Assembly (NCBI RefSeq): GCF_964204645.1
Contig: NC_134031.1
Coordinates: forward strand, 12,278,088 to 12,342,087
Direction: 5' to 3'
Length of the DNA: 64,000 bases
DNA from: Tubulanus polymorphus
Lineage: Eukaryota; Animalia; Nemertea
The notes below the pieces were generated by a model. That model saw only the letters and a program-made list of their open reading frames with translations, searched no databases and was not told the origin of the DNA. The first letter of the stretch is position 1. The number at the start of each line of letters is the position of its first letter. This document shows positions 1-13,547 of this stretch, in pieces. The position numbers and the translations under genes are program-made.

Positions 1-1749
1 CAGAAGTAAAAGCCATGGAGCTAATTGAATATATTGTATGTTATACCTACAAAAACTACTAATTATAAGTGGCAGGAGAGGGTTAATTGATTACAAAATA
101 CTGGCAGTGAAAGGGTTAATGCCTTGTTTCTAGGAATTCTTCCTTCAAAATGGATTCAATCATGCTCCATAATGATTCCTAATGAAAATTGATTGCGCTT
201 CATAGACTCTATTATCGTCATTTTAATACAAAATCTATATTCTGTCATTCAAGTTTGGCAATGTTTTTACTGCATCAATAATGAGAATTGTGGAATTACT
301 CTTAACAGAGGCCTTTTCTTTTATTACTTGAAGCACAAACTATCTCAAGAAAAGGGAGGGCAAAGGCAAACAAATTTAATAAAAATCATTTAAAGGAATT
401 TGCAATGAGCATTTCAAAATGGAAGAGAACCAGAATTTTTTTTGACGCCTCATAAAACGTTACCATTATGAAACCTAAACAATGTTAGCCATTCAGCGTC
501 ATTTTACAAACGACAACCGTAAATCGATGTGCAAAACGTCACAGGTCTATGCGTACACATACAAGCTATTTGGCAAAATATTATTGACAAAGATGTAGAA
601 TGGCTTCCTGTGATTATATAATGACCTCTATTTGAACGTCGAAATGTTATATCGCATTGAATATCATGAGAAGACGTATTGTAATAGTAAAGGATGTATG
701 ATTATATCAGGAGCGGCAGCCGTATATAGAAATGATAAGTAAATCGGATTAATCGGTTAAATGGCGGATGTATACACGATTTGGAAGTCTGATATAAAAT
801 TCAGACCCTGACATAGGGATGCTGGTGGAATGACGAAGATATCTACGATCTGTGTAGGGCCCGTGCGAATTACAAGCGGTCTATATAAAAACGTGTAAAC
901 ACATAATTTCAATATTCAAATGTTTTAGAAAATATGTTCGATACTAGGGGCATGTAGGTTTCATGAGATAAGCAATTTATAATAGCATAGCTGTCATACA
1001 CGGCTCCGCGTCCACTGATGGCATGTGTATTAGGTGACAATTCAATTCAATCTATTATTGATCCTTATTACATTGAAATTCCGGCATGAAATTCCCAAAT
1101 TCAATAAAGGTACAAATTTTTAAATAAGAAAATACAAAATACAAGACACACGGCATTTCATACAGAATAACGCGAATAAGTTATTTAAATGACAATGTCT
1201 ACTTCAACCCAGACTCAAGTCTAGGATATCGAGTGACAGCCAAACCGGGCCCCGGGGACCAGGCCGGCTGGCTACACGATGTGCTCAAAGTCATGATGAA
1301 GCAGACATCAGAAGAGCTCTTTCTTGCTACGGACGATTCTGAAGCGGCGGGCCTGAGTTCAGTGTTTTTACGTTTTAAAACATCATAAATTGTCTTGTAA
1401 TATGTAGAAATATCAGAGATATCATTACTACTACCACCCCTTGAAGGTGGGAGAGATAGAACCAAGGATTTTTGCGTTAAGGTGGGACAGGCTTGTGACC
1501 GCCCCGATCGAAGTCGGCGTTTAGCTGTACATTTATATCCTGTAGTCAAAAGAATGCGATAGTTTCTTACAAGGAACTATATTAGCGTTGCCTGCTTGGC
1601 AAAGCATTCTCAATCAATGATCTTGAAGTGAGCGTGACAGTGGCGGCGCGAACAGAATACCGACCGGACCAAATTCAATTTTATTTTTTCTTGTGAACCT
1701 ATCGGGCGGCACCCACAGACATTTTCAAACAAATTGTTTGCTCGACTGA

Positions 1750-1993
1750 CAGGGTAAGAACGAAGGAACTACTGATATCTTAGCCGAGTGTGACTGCAGA
1801 ATTTAATAAGTCACTCGGCCGAGTAGATTGGCGAATTCTATCGTTTACTCGGCCGGGTAAAGAACTTAACTTTTAGTACTAAGCTCGGCCGAGTGGATTG
1901 TCGAATTCGAACAATCACTCATACTTGGCCGAGTAAACAACTTTTTGGTATAATGCTAGGCCGAGCAAATGCCCGAGTAACTTGTCAATTGGG
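1750..1993. repeat. Cluster of palindromic CTCGGCCGAG motifs, probably the subterminal array of a decayed DNA transposon
   Basis: About 6-7 exact or degenerate (a)ctcggccgag(t) units within 250 bp. Confidence 0.45.
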
Positions 1994-3935
1994 ACCGTAT
2001 TTTATAGCTCCTGAGTCCTAAGATTGTGTACTGGTGTTGTATGATATCATCAAGTTAATTGGACTGTTTGTAGCTCTATTCCAATTCCAAATGTAATGTA
2101 AAAAGTGAACAATCATTCATTGTGAAATAAGGCATCAATAATCAGCGCTGAATTTTTATCGGTTAACAGATTCTTTGCAAAATTTCTTTTTATTCAGCAT
2201 CAGTATGAATCTTTTTATCTTCTATTTCAGAACATGCATGAATTTCAAGGTCAACAAATAAGACATGAGAGGAATGATGCAAAATAAACTCAGTGAATCT
2301 AGGAGCTGTACCCAAATCATAATGGAACTGAACAATGAGACATTACTTCTGGCAATAAGATCAATGGAAATTATGTAGAATTTTATCATTTATATTTGTA
2401 ATATATCATGGTTGAAGCCCATTTCAGGGTGTAGCCTCCAGGGATATTGCGCTTACTTTTCATGTGTTCGTCTGTCCATTCATAGATGAAATCAAAATTT
2501 TGAAGCTTTCAGCATGCTTCAATGGATTACTTTGGAATTTAGTATAATGGTATATCCACCCTATAGAGTTAGAAGTGGGCATTCTGTCCCTGAACCTCTA
2601 GTTTGCCATTGACATTGAATCTCTCGACCCCTTTTTATTTTGTATTGTCATTTTTTTTAAATTTTTGGTCATTTAAATTTCTTTTTCATTATGTGTGTGC
2701 TACATTTCAAGGCTCTTCATTTTGTGTGGTACCAGAACCATCAATAAAAGGTACATAAAATGTATGATATATATGTAAAAAAAATTATTTTATGAACCTC
2801 TTGAGATAAAAAGCTATTCTAGACGATAACATTTTACTGAAACTTGTATTTTCCAGATGACTCATAGTAAACCCGAAGACTACATAGCACATATATAAGA
2901 TCATTGAAGGTCATGTAAAAAAATCTTGTATTCTACCTATCAGTAACTCAAATTTTGGTGAGTATTAGATCCAATTGATATTAATCTCATTGTGTTGATG
3001 TATAGAGCTGTAAAACTCATCTGTCCACGAAGAGTCCCCCTCCCTTCGATCCTGATGGCATTAAGAGACACTGCCACTACATGAACCCACCTGCTGCGCA
3101 CTTGGCACATTTAATTTTAGCCCTAGCTGTTCTATTTATAATTATTTATGAATCTGCCTTATACAAGCAATCTGATCGGTGCAGCACATTTTTCAGATCG
3201 TATAATGCTAAGATCTCTATGTGACAAGCAGGCAACTACATGCGCACATGCCGTGTTTTATGATTTAAGTGGGTTTCTGTATTTGTTCGCGTTTCTAGAA
3301 ATATATTTTTCGCCAAAACGCTTAATGGAAAAATGAATTTTTTCAAAAATATATATTCGGAAAGCGTTTAAGAAAATATATTTTTCGCAAAAAATATATT
3401 CCGAAATCAATACAAAATCAGGCTATACGCATGGAGTTCACTTCATGCGTATAGTTCACATTCAACCCACGGTGGGGCTATTTTTGATGTTATCTATGAC
3501 AATCAACACAAGCACGTGTGCGAGCTAGTATGCGTAGCCTACGTATAATCGATAAAATAAACATCATATGTTCACTGTATTCACACACCTAGCACTACTC
3601 ACTACCATAACCATGTCATATACAATGGTAGCAACTGTATACAATGGTAAGAGTTTATTAATTCATATCACTTCCAAAATGATAAAATACCGCATGAAAT
3701 GTCTAGTAAAATGACTGGAAGCCGCGAGTGTTTGTCAGAGATGACGCCAGAAACACGCACCTGCTAACATAAACAATAGCAGTGAGCACTTGCTGAAATT
3801 GCCGATTTAAAATTCGTATTTCTCAGTAATGGCTGAACTAAAATTCAAACCAGAAGCATATTTGATATTTGTGAATACATCACATTTAAAGTGACTTTTG
3901 CACAATATTGTATTTTGACAGCATTTGCTCTTTAA

Positions 3936-4541
3936 AGGGGAACTGCAGTCAAAAAATCATAATTGGCCATTCATTCTACTATTGTTGAAATTTTCAATTC
4001 TTCCTAATTAACTTGTATACAATGATTTTAATACTGTTTAATCAGTAGAATCAGCAGATGAGAGCTGCATATCTAAATTCCAAAGGCATGTAAACATTGA
4101 TGACGTATCCCGGCCCATCACACACTCCAGTGTGTACACAAATGGATACAATCATCGAAGATCTCAGTTGAAAATTGCGATTAAAATACTCCTGCTGGGC
4201 TGTCAATGGGGTCTTTACTTTCATTTATCCACTTAATGTGTGAAACATATCCAAATAATTGCTGATGTGGCATTATGTTGGAGTTTAGAACTGTTATTGG
4301 ACTTTCAGTGATGAAAACACAATGAATAGCAGCAGTAACATGTATCGCAGTGGGCCGAACTATGTCACAGCCAAGAGAAAAGCATCTGCTACGTGGAGAA
4401 AATGGCGGCGCCCAGGCACTCTACAAAACCCTCTTTTTTGTATAAAGTATTAGATGAAATGTTTATCTGCTGTTGTGAAAATGTATTTATAAATGTTTCT
4501 AACACATATAGATTCAAAAATGTTTTCTCTGCAGTTCCCCT
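3936..4541. mobile_element. Kolobok-type MITE with TTAA target duplication
   Basis: TTAA|aggggaactgcag ... ctgcagttcccct|TTAA: perfect 13-bp TIR with TTAA on both sides. Confidence 0.8.
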
Positions 4542-6008
4542 TTAAGGGACAGCTGACACATGCAGGTAAATTTTTCTTACATCCTACTTTTGTGGAAATC
4601 TTTCTAGCTCCATAGATCTTCAAAGTAGAAAGTTCCTCTGGCCATAAATTCATAGCTGCTTAGTGTCTGACGTACCACAGACACTAAGACACGAACGACA
4701 TTTGGTCGATACTTTTAAATCACTGTGACTTTAAACCACCAGAAATCCAGTTTCACTAAACCTTTTGTGAAAAATAAACTCTCATTACAAACCTCACACA
4801 TTCAGTTTTATTATTGTATACATAAGGAGGTTCCTTCATCATAGTCTACGCTTGATGCGATATATATACAGAAATAGCAAAAATGACACCATTTTTTCAC
4901 TTTGAAACGAGGCATTGTAACACTGTCGTTCTTTAGCAACAAGACAACTTGAGTGATGCGTGTCTCGTCGCTAAACAGCGCATCATTTTTGTATCTTAAA
5001 TTTACCATGTAAAATAAATTTTTTAAATTTCGTATTAAAATCATATTTATCCTCAAAATGATATGGTGAACAAACGCAAGACAGTATAAGTACAGTATAG
5101 TAAAGATAGTTTATTTATCAAAATCGGTTGTTTATTTGCTGAGATATCGCAGTTTGAAAACAGACAAAAATGCCGACCTAACTCCAGTCGGCAAGAGTCA
5201 CGCGATTTGAGTGAACGTGTCTGGGTGGGTAGGTACACTAGGATCGTAGAGCGACGGAGATCACTATGAAGACAACCACTGCAGGGGCTGGGTGAAGGTC
5301 AATGCAACACAATATATATTACATTGAAATGGGACCCACGGTTGGACAACCATGAAAGGTGGCAGTTATTAAATGAGCAATATACTGGTATACCAGGCAA
5401 TTATATAGAAGGCCAGATAATGAAGATGCCTTGGTTCTCATCACCGCAAATGAAGATAACAAACGAGGGCGGGAGATTTTTATCTCTATTTGTACTTTAG
5501 TTTTTTTAGATGTAAAAATACAAACTTTTTACAAGGGTTAATTCTTATGATGAGGGCGGGGGATCTTATTTTTGTTTAACATCAAAATTTTCACTTGTTT
5601 TGATGTGATTTTTCAACTCATTTTTGAAAACTTCAAAGAACAATGAATTTTAAGACAATGAATTTAAAAGAAAATGAACTTTAATATAGTAGAACTGAAC
5701 TTTAATATAGTAGAACTGGTGTAAGTCGGACACGTTGGGACAACAGGAAAATAAGAAAAATTCTGATTATGAGTAAGTCAGATTTTGGGGGTTTTCTAAG
5801 AAAGATCCGAGTTAGCTACAGATTAAGACCCCAACCCTGAGTTACACGGGGGTTAATATACTCTATTCCGACTACTATTGTAACCATGTGCTTAACGTCC
5901 AAACTACCGCAGATAATGTAATGCCCCTCACCACGATTTGAACAATGGCATCATTCAATTCAAAGCAATTCATTATTTGAGGTACTAAACCTCCATCTCT
6001 AAGTAAAA

Positions 6009-6834
6009 CAGGGATCATTGTGTCACTGCTGACAAAAATTCACTGCTATTCACTACCAATGAAAAGTCAAATTCACTGCCATTTGGCTACCTAGTAAAAG
6101 ACTACGGATAGAGCCAAAACAATCAAACACCTGCTGAAGAACCAAAAAGCACCAACTAGGTATATTCGCACAATACTTCATTTATTAAACATGAACTGCT
6201 TTTGATTGTCTTCTCATTATAAGGCTTAAAAACCAGATAGGTGTAGGGTACTTTTCATGTGAGACTTTAAAGCTCCCAAACCACCGGCTACAAGTTCGTT
6301 CGATTTCATGCAAATTCTACATCTAAACTTATGAATACAATTCGGAAAACGTACAATCCAGCTACGGTACTCCGGATGATGAAGCCACGAATCTTGAAAT
6401 GTACATTTTCCCATTTTTCCAGTGTAACGGGCCAGAGATTTTTCAAAAATCCGAACGCAAACCACCGCCATTTGCAATTTTGTGAAACAGGTGCCTGACC
6501 TGGTAGCCATGGCAACCATAAAAATGAAAACTCGTGAATAAAATTGAATTGAATTGGTTGGCACGTCGATGGTCACAACACCAATGAATAAAATGAAATT
6601 GAATTGCCGTCGGCATGACATCGTCGGTATATTTTTTTGTTCGAAACTCAACGAAATTTCTCGTGACATTTTAAAATTGCCAATCTCAGACAAAATTGAA
6701 CACATTTCCGAATTCACTGCCCCCTTTCCCATTTCACCTGCCTTTCAAAAAAATTCACTGCTATTAACAGCCGTGAAAAGATTTTTTTTCAATTCGCTGC
6801 TCTTCGCTGCTTTCACTGCCCACGACGAACCCGG
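6009..6834 (-). mobile_element. hAT-like internal-deletion derivative retaining the N-terminal zinc-finger coding region
   Basis: Imperfect TIRs cagggatcattgtg / cacgacgaacccgg, aattcactgc subterminal repeats at both ends, flanking (g)taaaa duplication. 6414-6229 encodes MGKCTFQDSWL..EYRSWI...CRIC......GALKSHMKSTLH. Confidence 0.65.
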
Positions 6835-7412
6835 TAAAAATTGAAACTAGTTGAAGCGAACAATTATTTAGTACAGCTACACACCAACGGCATATTGACC
6901 CATCACACCAGCAATCGTAGTAATCACGTATACTTGTGACGTAAATATACGTCATGCATGGTGAGAAAAGGTTGTTGTTTGTGACGTAAATATACATCAC
7001 AAGTGGTAACGAAGAGGTTAACATGTGTCCGTTGACAGAAAAATCGATCTACCGGTACATAATAGACTTTGAGACGGATTTTGATAGGAAAATGAAATGG
7101 TAAAATCGTGACCTTGGAATTTAAGCCCAAAATTTCAAAAAAGGCGCATGGGCCTTGAAGCATTGCTACAATACTGTGGTAAGGTATTAAGTGGTTAATG
7201 CAATACATCTGCCAGAAAATGTCTATGACGATGTTGATTGGGAGGACCACAGACTTCGAATTGAATGAATTTCATTTTTCTGCTGAACGATTTAGCCTAT
7301 GCTATTTGTATTGTTAAACCTCATTAATGCAATTCTGTTAAAGACGAAACTAGTTTATTCTGATGTTTTCCACCATGTACTAGCCAAGAGATTTAAATCA
7401 ACAAGTGCATAC

Positions 7413-8788
7413 AACAAGAGATCCACGGATCTTAATATCTCGGGCGCAGAATGTTATCTTTGTAATGTATAGGCGCCATCTGATTGATGCATCTTTAAGG
7501 TTTTCCTTGAACACTTCATGGATGTGTAAAATCTGCTGATTTCGGTGAACATCATCATCGCGGCAATACGGGATATCAACAAATTCAAGTTCCTGAATTA
7601 CTCGTTTGATGGCGCTAGTCAGAACCGGAACCTAAATCCGCCATGTTCTAGTTCATTTGCAATAAAGATCTCTCGCTTCAAGTTTTTAGTTAGCGATATT
7701 TTACTTACTATACAACGGCACGCATAATCCTTTGAGTATGATATCCTGACAATGTGTTGAATTCAATAAAACCTCACTTTGAACCCTAAAGATCACTAGA
7801 AATGACAAAAAACTACCAAAAATAACAAATTTAGCGATGACACTCGAAGCAGCTAACGGAAGTAATGACTGGTGCCGGGTGTCATCACTTTGTTGTTGAG
7901 TTCTAGACTCTAAGGTAAATTTATTGCAGGCAAGAAGGACTAAACTCGTAGATTTATAGTAAAAATATGAAAAATACCAGGACTCGAACCAACAATCTTA
8001 ATTGGGCCGTCAACTGCTGCCACCATGTGATACCTAACAACCAGTCTTTACATCGTCAGCCGTTGCAGAATGTTTTTTGATAATTTTAGGACATTTATAG
8101 TGATTTCTAGCCTTTGCAGTGAGGTTTTATCATATCCAACGTAGCTTTAGGATAACATATTTCAAGGATTACGCGTGACGATACATAGTAAGTAAAATAT
8201 CGCTCATTGAAAACTTGAAGTGAGAGATTTTCATTGCAAATGAACTAGAGCATGGCGGATTTAGGTTCCAATTTCCCGTTCTGACTAGCGCCATCAAACG
8301 AGTAATTCAAGAACTTGAATTTGTCGATATCCCGTATACACGAGGTTTGGGCCTATTCGATTGTGCGCGCATTATCTTCCGTGAAGTAGCGTATCGATTG
8401 AATCTTCGGTTATTTGCATAATGAAATAGATATGGGGAGGCTATCAAATAAAAAATAAACATATAAGACTCTCCCATGACTGGGAAATGAGAAACTAGAA
8501 CCCAGCAGATTAATAGATGAGAAGATTAAAAGACCGGTTTGTCTGCGTCAATCCAATATGCCCTTTTACATTGATTGACAGCGGGAGCTCAGCCAAACGC
8601 AGGGAGCAGTTACTTTACTTCAATGTAACGTTGTACATCGGCCTTCTAGCCGTTTTATGAAACAAAATGCTCCTTGAAATCGCCACAAATTTGTCGATTT
8701 CTCTTAAATGAACGCGATATTCAAAATTACATTTCCAACAGATTTTAGCCGCATGATAAAGCTATATTTTGCACATAAACATAGTAGA
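7413..8788 (-). mobile_element. Helentron-associated non-autonomous element (HINE-like), family B copy 1, 3' portion
   Basis: Ends CTTGTT on the minus strand next to the hairpin agatccacggatct. Near-identical to 10266-10913 apart from a nested MITE. Confidence 0.6.
7568..8335. mobile_element. Long-TIR palindromic MITE nested in HINE family B
   Basis: acgggatatcaacaaattcaagttc... / ...gaacttgaatttgtcgatatcccgt, inverted similarity over more than 200 bp. The empty site is present at about 10435-10450. Confidence 0.85.
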
Positions 8789-8850
8789 TTGTGTGACTTC
8801 GTGTCAAAGTTATAACCTCATTTGTTAGCAAAAATTCGATTTTTGGACCC

Positions 8851-9780
8851 ATTACAACATATAAGATAAAAATTGATTAATAACATTTTCATTTCTATAA
8901 TAATATTCACTTTTGATTAATTCTGGACAGTCTGATTTTACATATAATCCGAAAGCTGCAGCTGACTGATGAATCTTTTCAATAGTATTTGTCTTTGGTG
9001 GTTCTGAATAATCAATTACACCAGAATTTAATTTCTTTCTTTTATAATATATTTCTTTTCTATCTCGATCAGTTAGTTCTTTATTCAATGACTCGAAGTC
9101 ACCATATATAACAAATGGTACTTTATTTTTGTAATCATATTTTTTAATTCTAATTTATTATCTTTATCTGTTGGTAGAACTAATTTACAATAATCGATAA
9201 TTGTTTATGATTTAATAATGGATTTTCATTACTGAATTTATGTAGAAATTTCTACATAGATATATTTTATTATTAAAATCATTTTCTGATTTGAAAAATA
9301 AATCAAATAGTTTAATCCACACATAATAACTTTCATAATATAATATATCTATAACATCGATTGAATCATAATCTTTTGATAGGTATAGAGGTTCTAATGT
9401 ATAATGTTTTATATTATCTCCTTTTGTATTTGGTAATTTAATCAAATCGTACACAGTTATTTTTATATTATTATCTCTTTCTATTTTTGGAATATTTTTT
9501 ATTCTAACAGGATGAATGGTATCTTATAATTATTTTCAAATTGTTTAATTTGATAATCTAAAACTACGTGTAATATCTTCTGTTGGATAAAAGCAACTAA
9601 TTATTGACCATAAAAAACATTTACTATCTTCAGTTTGTACATTTATAACAGCATTAGTTTTAAATGGTAATTTGATATAACTTGACGCATTTACATTATC
9701 ATCTTTATAATTATGATATGATAAATTATTTTCATCAATTGGTTTTGATTTAGTTAATTTATTATATTTTGTATTTTAAC
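8851..9780 (-). pseudogene. Second, orphan fragment of the Polinton PolB N-terminal region
   Basis: Colinear paralog of 36983-37402 plus 39952-40440 (NKELTD.DRKEIYYK, IHQSAAAFGLY.KSD, TLEPLYLSKDYDS, INVQ.ED.K.FLW.IISC), with frameshifts. Confidence 0.88.
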
Positions 9781-10265
9781 ATGGCAAATAATGATGCATT
9801 CTGTGGGTTAAATTTGTCAAAATAAACTCCCAGCTCAGAGTCAATACATAAATTTACACAATACAACCGTAGAATACGAAAGTAGCACAGACAGCGGTGA
9901 CTGGAGTGGGTAGGAACAAATACCTCAGATAAATCGTTTCCCTTGGTCTTATTGATTCTAATGCGGAATAGAATTCAATTTTCTGAAAGTTGCTCAATAA
10001 AACAACATTGAATTGGATTTGATGTTTTATTTGTTCAATAAAGTAAAATTGAATTGGATTTAATATTTTTTTGCAGAATAAAATTTGATTGAATTTGCAG
10101 TTTTAGCACATGGCTAATTAGCATATCAAGGTCATTTATCCGATTTGAGAAAAAGCTATTTTTTCCCGGTGTTTTGCACAATTGTCAATGACATTTTCTG
10201 TAGTGCTAATCACAGGGACCTGACAAAAAGAATTTTTGACCCCAGTATCCTAGGTACTATATATA

Positions 10266-10913
10266 AACAAGAGATCCACGGATCTTAATATCTCGGGCGC
10301 AGAATGTTATCTTTGTAATGTATAGGCGCCATCTGATTGATGCATCTGTAAGGTTTTCCTTGAACACTTCATGGATGTGTAAAATCTGCTGATTTCGGTG
10401 AACAACATCATCGAAATCTAATCAGCAATCATCGCGGCAATACACGAGGTTTGGGCCTATTCGATTGTGCGCGCATAATCTTCCGTGAAGTAGCGTATTG
10501 ATTGAATCTTCGGTTATTTGCATAATGAAATAGATATGGGGAGACGGAATCGATACTACGGCTATCAAATTAAAAAATAAACATATAAGACGCTCCGATG
10601 ACTGGGAAATGAGAAACTAGAACCGAGCAGATTAATAGATGAGAAGATTAAAAGACCGGTTTGTCTGCGTCAATCCAATATGCCCTTACATTGATTGACA
10701 GCGGGAGCTCAGCCAACCGCAGGGAGCAGTTATTTTACTTCAATGTAACGTTGTACATCGGCCTTCTAGCCATTTTATGAAACCAAATGCTCCTTGAAAT
10801 TTCTTCAAAAATCGCCACAAATTCGTTGATTTCTCTTAAATGAACGCGATATTCAAAATTCCATTTCTAACAGATTTTAGCCGCATGATGAAGCTACATT
10901 TTGCACATAAATA
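10266..10913 (-). mobile_element. HINE-like family B copy 2
   Basis: Direct repeat of 7413-8788 that lacks the nested MITE. Interrupted by the SINE at 10927. Confidence 0.6.
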
Positions 10914-10926
10914 TATGCATAAATGT

Positions 10927-11257
10927 GGAGCGGTGTGGCCGAGCGGTTAAAGCGTTCGACTCTGGGAAGCCATGTCGTGGGTTTGAACCCTGTACATTGC
11001 TGTAGTGTCCTCGGGCTAGACACTTATCCTCATTGCCTCTCTCCACCCAGGAGTAAATGGGTACCTGGCCTGATAGATGACTCCTGAGCGTTTGTTAGCA
11101 GCTCGGTGTTACTTCTCCCCAGGGAGAGATGACTGATACATGTTAGAGTATAAAATTGGCTGGGGTAATTATATCGAAAAATGTAAAGCGCTCTGAGCAG
11201 CCTGGTTGGATTTAGCGCTATATAAGACACATATTATTATATTTTTATCATTATAAT
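10927..11257 (+). mobile_element. tRNA-derived SINE with Deu/Nin-like core and L2-type 3' tail
   Basis: Pol III A box TGGCCGAGCGG (10936), B box GGTTTGAACCC (about 10980), core ...cattgcctctctccacccaggagtaaatgggtacc, tail tgtaaagcgctctgag...gcgctatataa..(tat)n. Confidence 0.85.
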
Positions 11258-11400
11258 AGGTAGATCAACCGGACAAACGTTCGCATCAAAACTTGGCACA
11301 GAGAGCGATGCTGGTGTTGGTGTCACTGAGACAGGCTGATGAATACTTGTTTGTCTTTTTGTTTGTTTACGTCGTTCGGACCTTGGTTTTCAATCCTATT

Positions 11401-13547
11401 CCCTTACAAAAAATTCACACATGTTATATGTGTGAATAACACACATTACATGTGTGAAAGGTGTGAAAGACACAGAAAACACATGTGATTCCAGCTATCA
11501 CATGTGTGATCTGTGTTGTGGAGCATATCACATGTGTGAATAACACATGATCACATGTGTGATTCTGAAATACATGTGTGATTGAGAAATACATGTGTGA
11601 TTCACACATGTGATTGGCTCAACAACACAGATCACATGTGTAACCGCTAGGATCACACATGTCATTAGAATAACACATGTGATTAACATCAGTTATTCCA
11701 ATCTACAACACAGTGTGAATATTTCGGATATGAACCATTCCCATGTTGGTTCCAAATTCTGAACATCTGCATTTTAGTCATAAAATCCAAGTTGGAATAA
11801 GAATATTTCCATAACTGTACTCATTATTTCAACATTTTCAACACATGGTTAGATTGACACTGACGCCCCTACTGTGCAAAAACCAAGAACCAATGTCCAC
11901 GGACTAGTGAGTTTGTATTTTCATTGGGCTTAATAAATAAAATAAGGTTATGATATGTTTTTACATTCGCTGTTGAGTTCTAAAAAAATAAAAATATTCA
12001 AAAACGACTTCGAAAAATTAGCAGGTATTTACAGGATTCGAACCGTTGACGACGGCTAGCAAAGGACTTGGAATGAGCATGCAGGCACGCACGGCGCCAT
12101 TTGCAATTATTTCGAGGATAGTCGTTGCTGTTTTTAATCAATTTTCATGGTTAATTTCTTAGTTCGAAAAGTCTGGTGTTTGAATCCAAGCTCAAAAGCA
12201 AGTGTTATTGTGTTTCATCAAATATTCATAGTCGATGATGTTAATTGAATGTACTGAAATCGGTAAAATCAGTGGCGTGTACCTATCAATCAATTAAATC
12301 AAATTCATCCAAACTTTATTTCATGGACATGATTGATGCATTACAAATATTTCATGATTGATGCATGCAAAGTACAACATGTCCATGCCTAACAAGTAGG
12401 CCTAGATTACACCATGAACTATTTTTAAATCACGATATGTCCTATATTGTATAATTCCTAAACTGAATGCTCAGCCGGTATTGAACAGTATTTGCCAATT
12501 CTTTCTACATTGGAATGAATCATTTACAAATTAAAATGGAATTTTCCGTTATTAATCTAGGGAGTCAGTACATTTCCTCGAGTAGTAATTTATCTACACG
12601 GAGAATGAAACGTATACTTTCAGCCGGAACAAATTACTGAAAAAGAGGTTTTGAGTCCTTTTATGGTAAGTGTTGATTGAAAAAATTTATAAGCTAGTGT
12701 TACAATAGCGCCATTTATTTTCGTCTGGTTTCACTTATCATAATAATGTAACTTTGGCTTTTTTCATCAGATGATTGATATTAGGGATATTGATTTATTG
12801 ATTTATTGTTTGGAATTGTGTGTAGTATTTAAATGTTTTATAATTTTGTCTCATTCCAGATCATGTTCTGAATTGTAGATTGGGGGTTACCGCGGCCCAA
12901 ATTAGAAAGAAGATTGGACAAATGCTGAAACAGTATAAATTGACGAAGTAAATCTGTAAATATTTGAAAATAAAATTCCCATTAACATGTAAGCTTACAC
13001 AAGTGAGTTATTACATTTGGTTGGTAATTTTGAAACTTCATTTTGTTTTGCCACTAAGCGGATCTCCTTTCAGGCAATGAGTTTTTAGGAAATTGTGAAG
13101 TATGGATGAAACATCATGTCCAATGAAAGAAGTGGTCAAATTTTGACCATTATGAATGTGTACTTATACTTCTTCTTGAATACAGTCGTGTGGAGCTGGA
13201 ACAATGAGGATGACTGCAGATCACATGCGTTATAAATCACACATGACTGTGTTATATGACATGTGTGATTTACATTCAGGGCTGTATCACACGTGTGATT
13301 CACATGTGTAAAAATGGGACAAAATCACATGTGTGATTTACAAAATCACACATGTGATACAGCTTGAATGTGAATCACATGTGTGATTCACATGTGTAAA
13401 AATGGGACAAAATCACACGTGTGATTCACATACAAAATCACACGTGTGATTCACATACAGAATCACATGTGTGATAATGTCCCATGTTTACACATGTGAA
13501 TCACACGTGTTTTTTTTTAAATTACATGTGTGATTTTTTTGTAAGGG
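11401..13547. mobile_element. Non-autonomous EnSpm/CMC-like DNA transposon with CACATGTG subterminal arrays
   Basis: TIR cccttacaaaaaa..cacacatgt / acatgtgtgattttttt gtaaggg, 2-bp TT duplication, dense CACATGTG/CACGTG repeats at both ends. Confidence 0.75.

Noticed and set aside
10927-11000. tRNA gene
   Set aside because: It has A and B boxes but no complete cloverleaf, and continues into a SINE core and LINE-derived tail.
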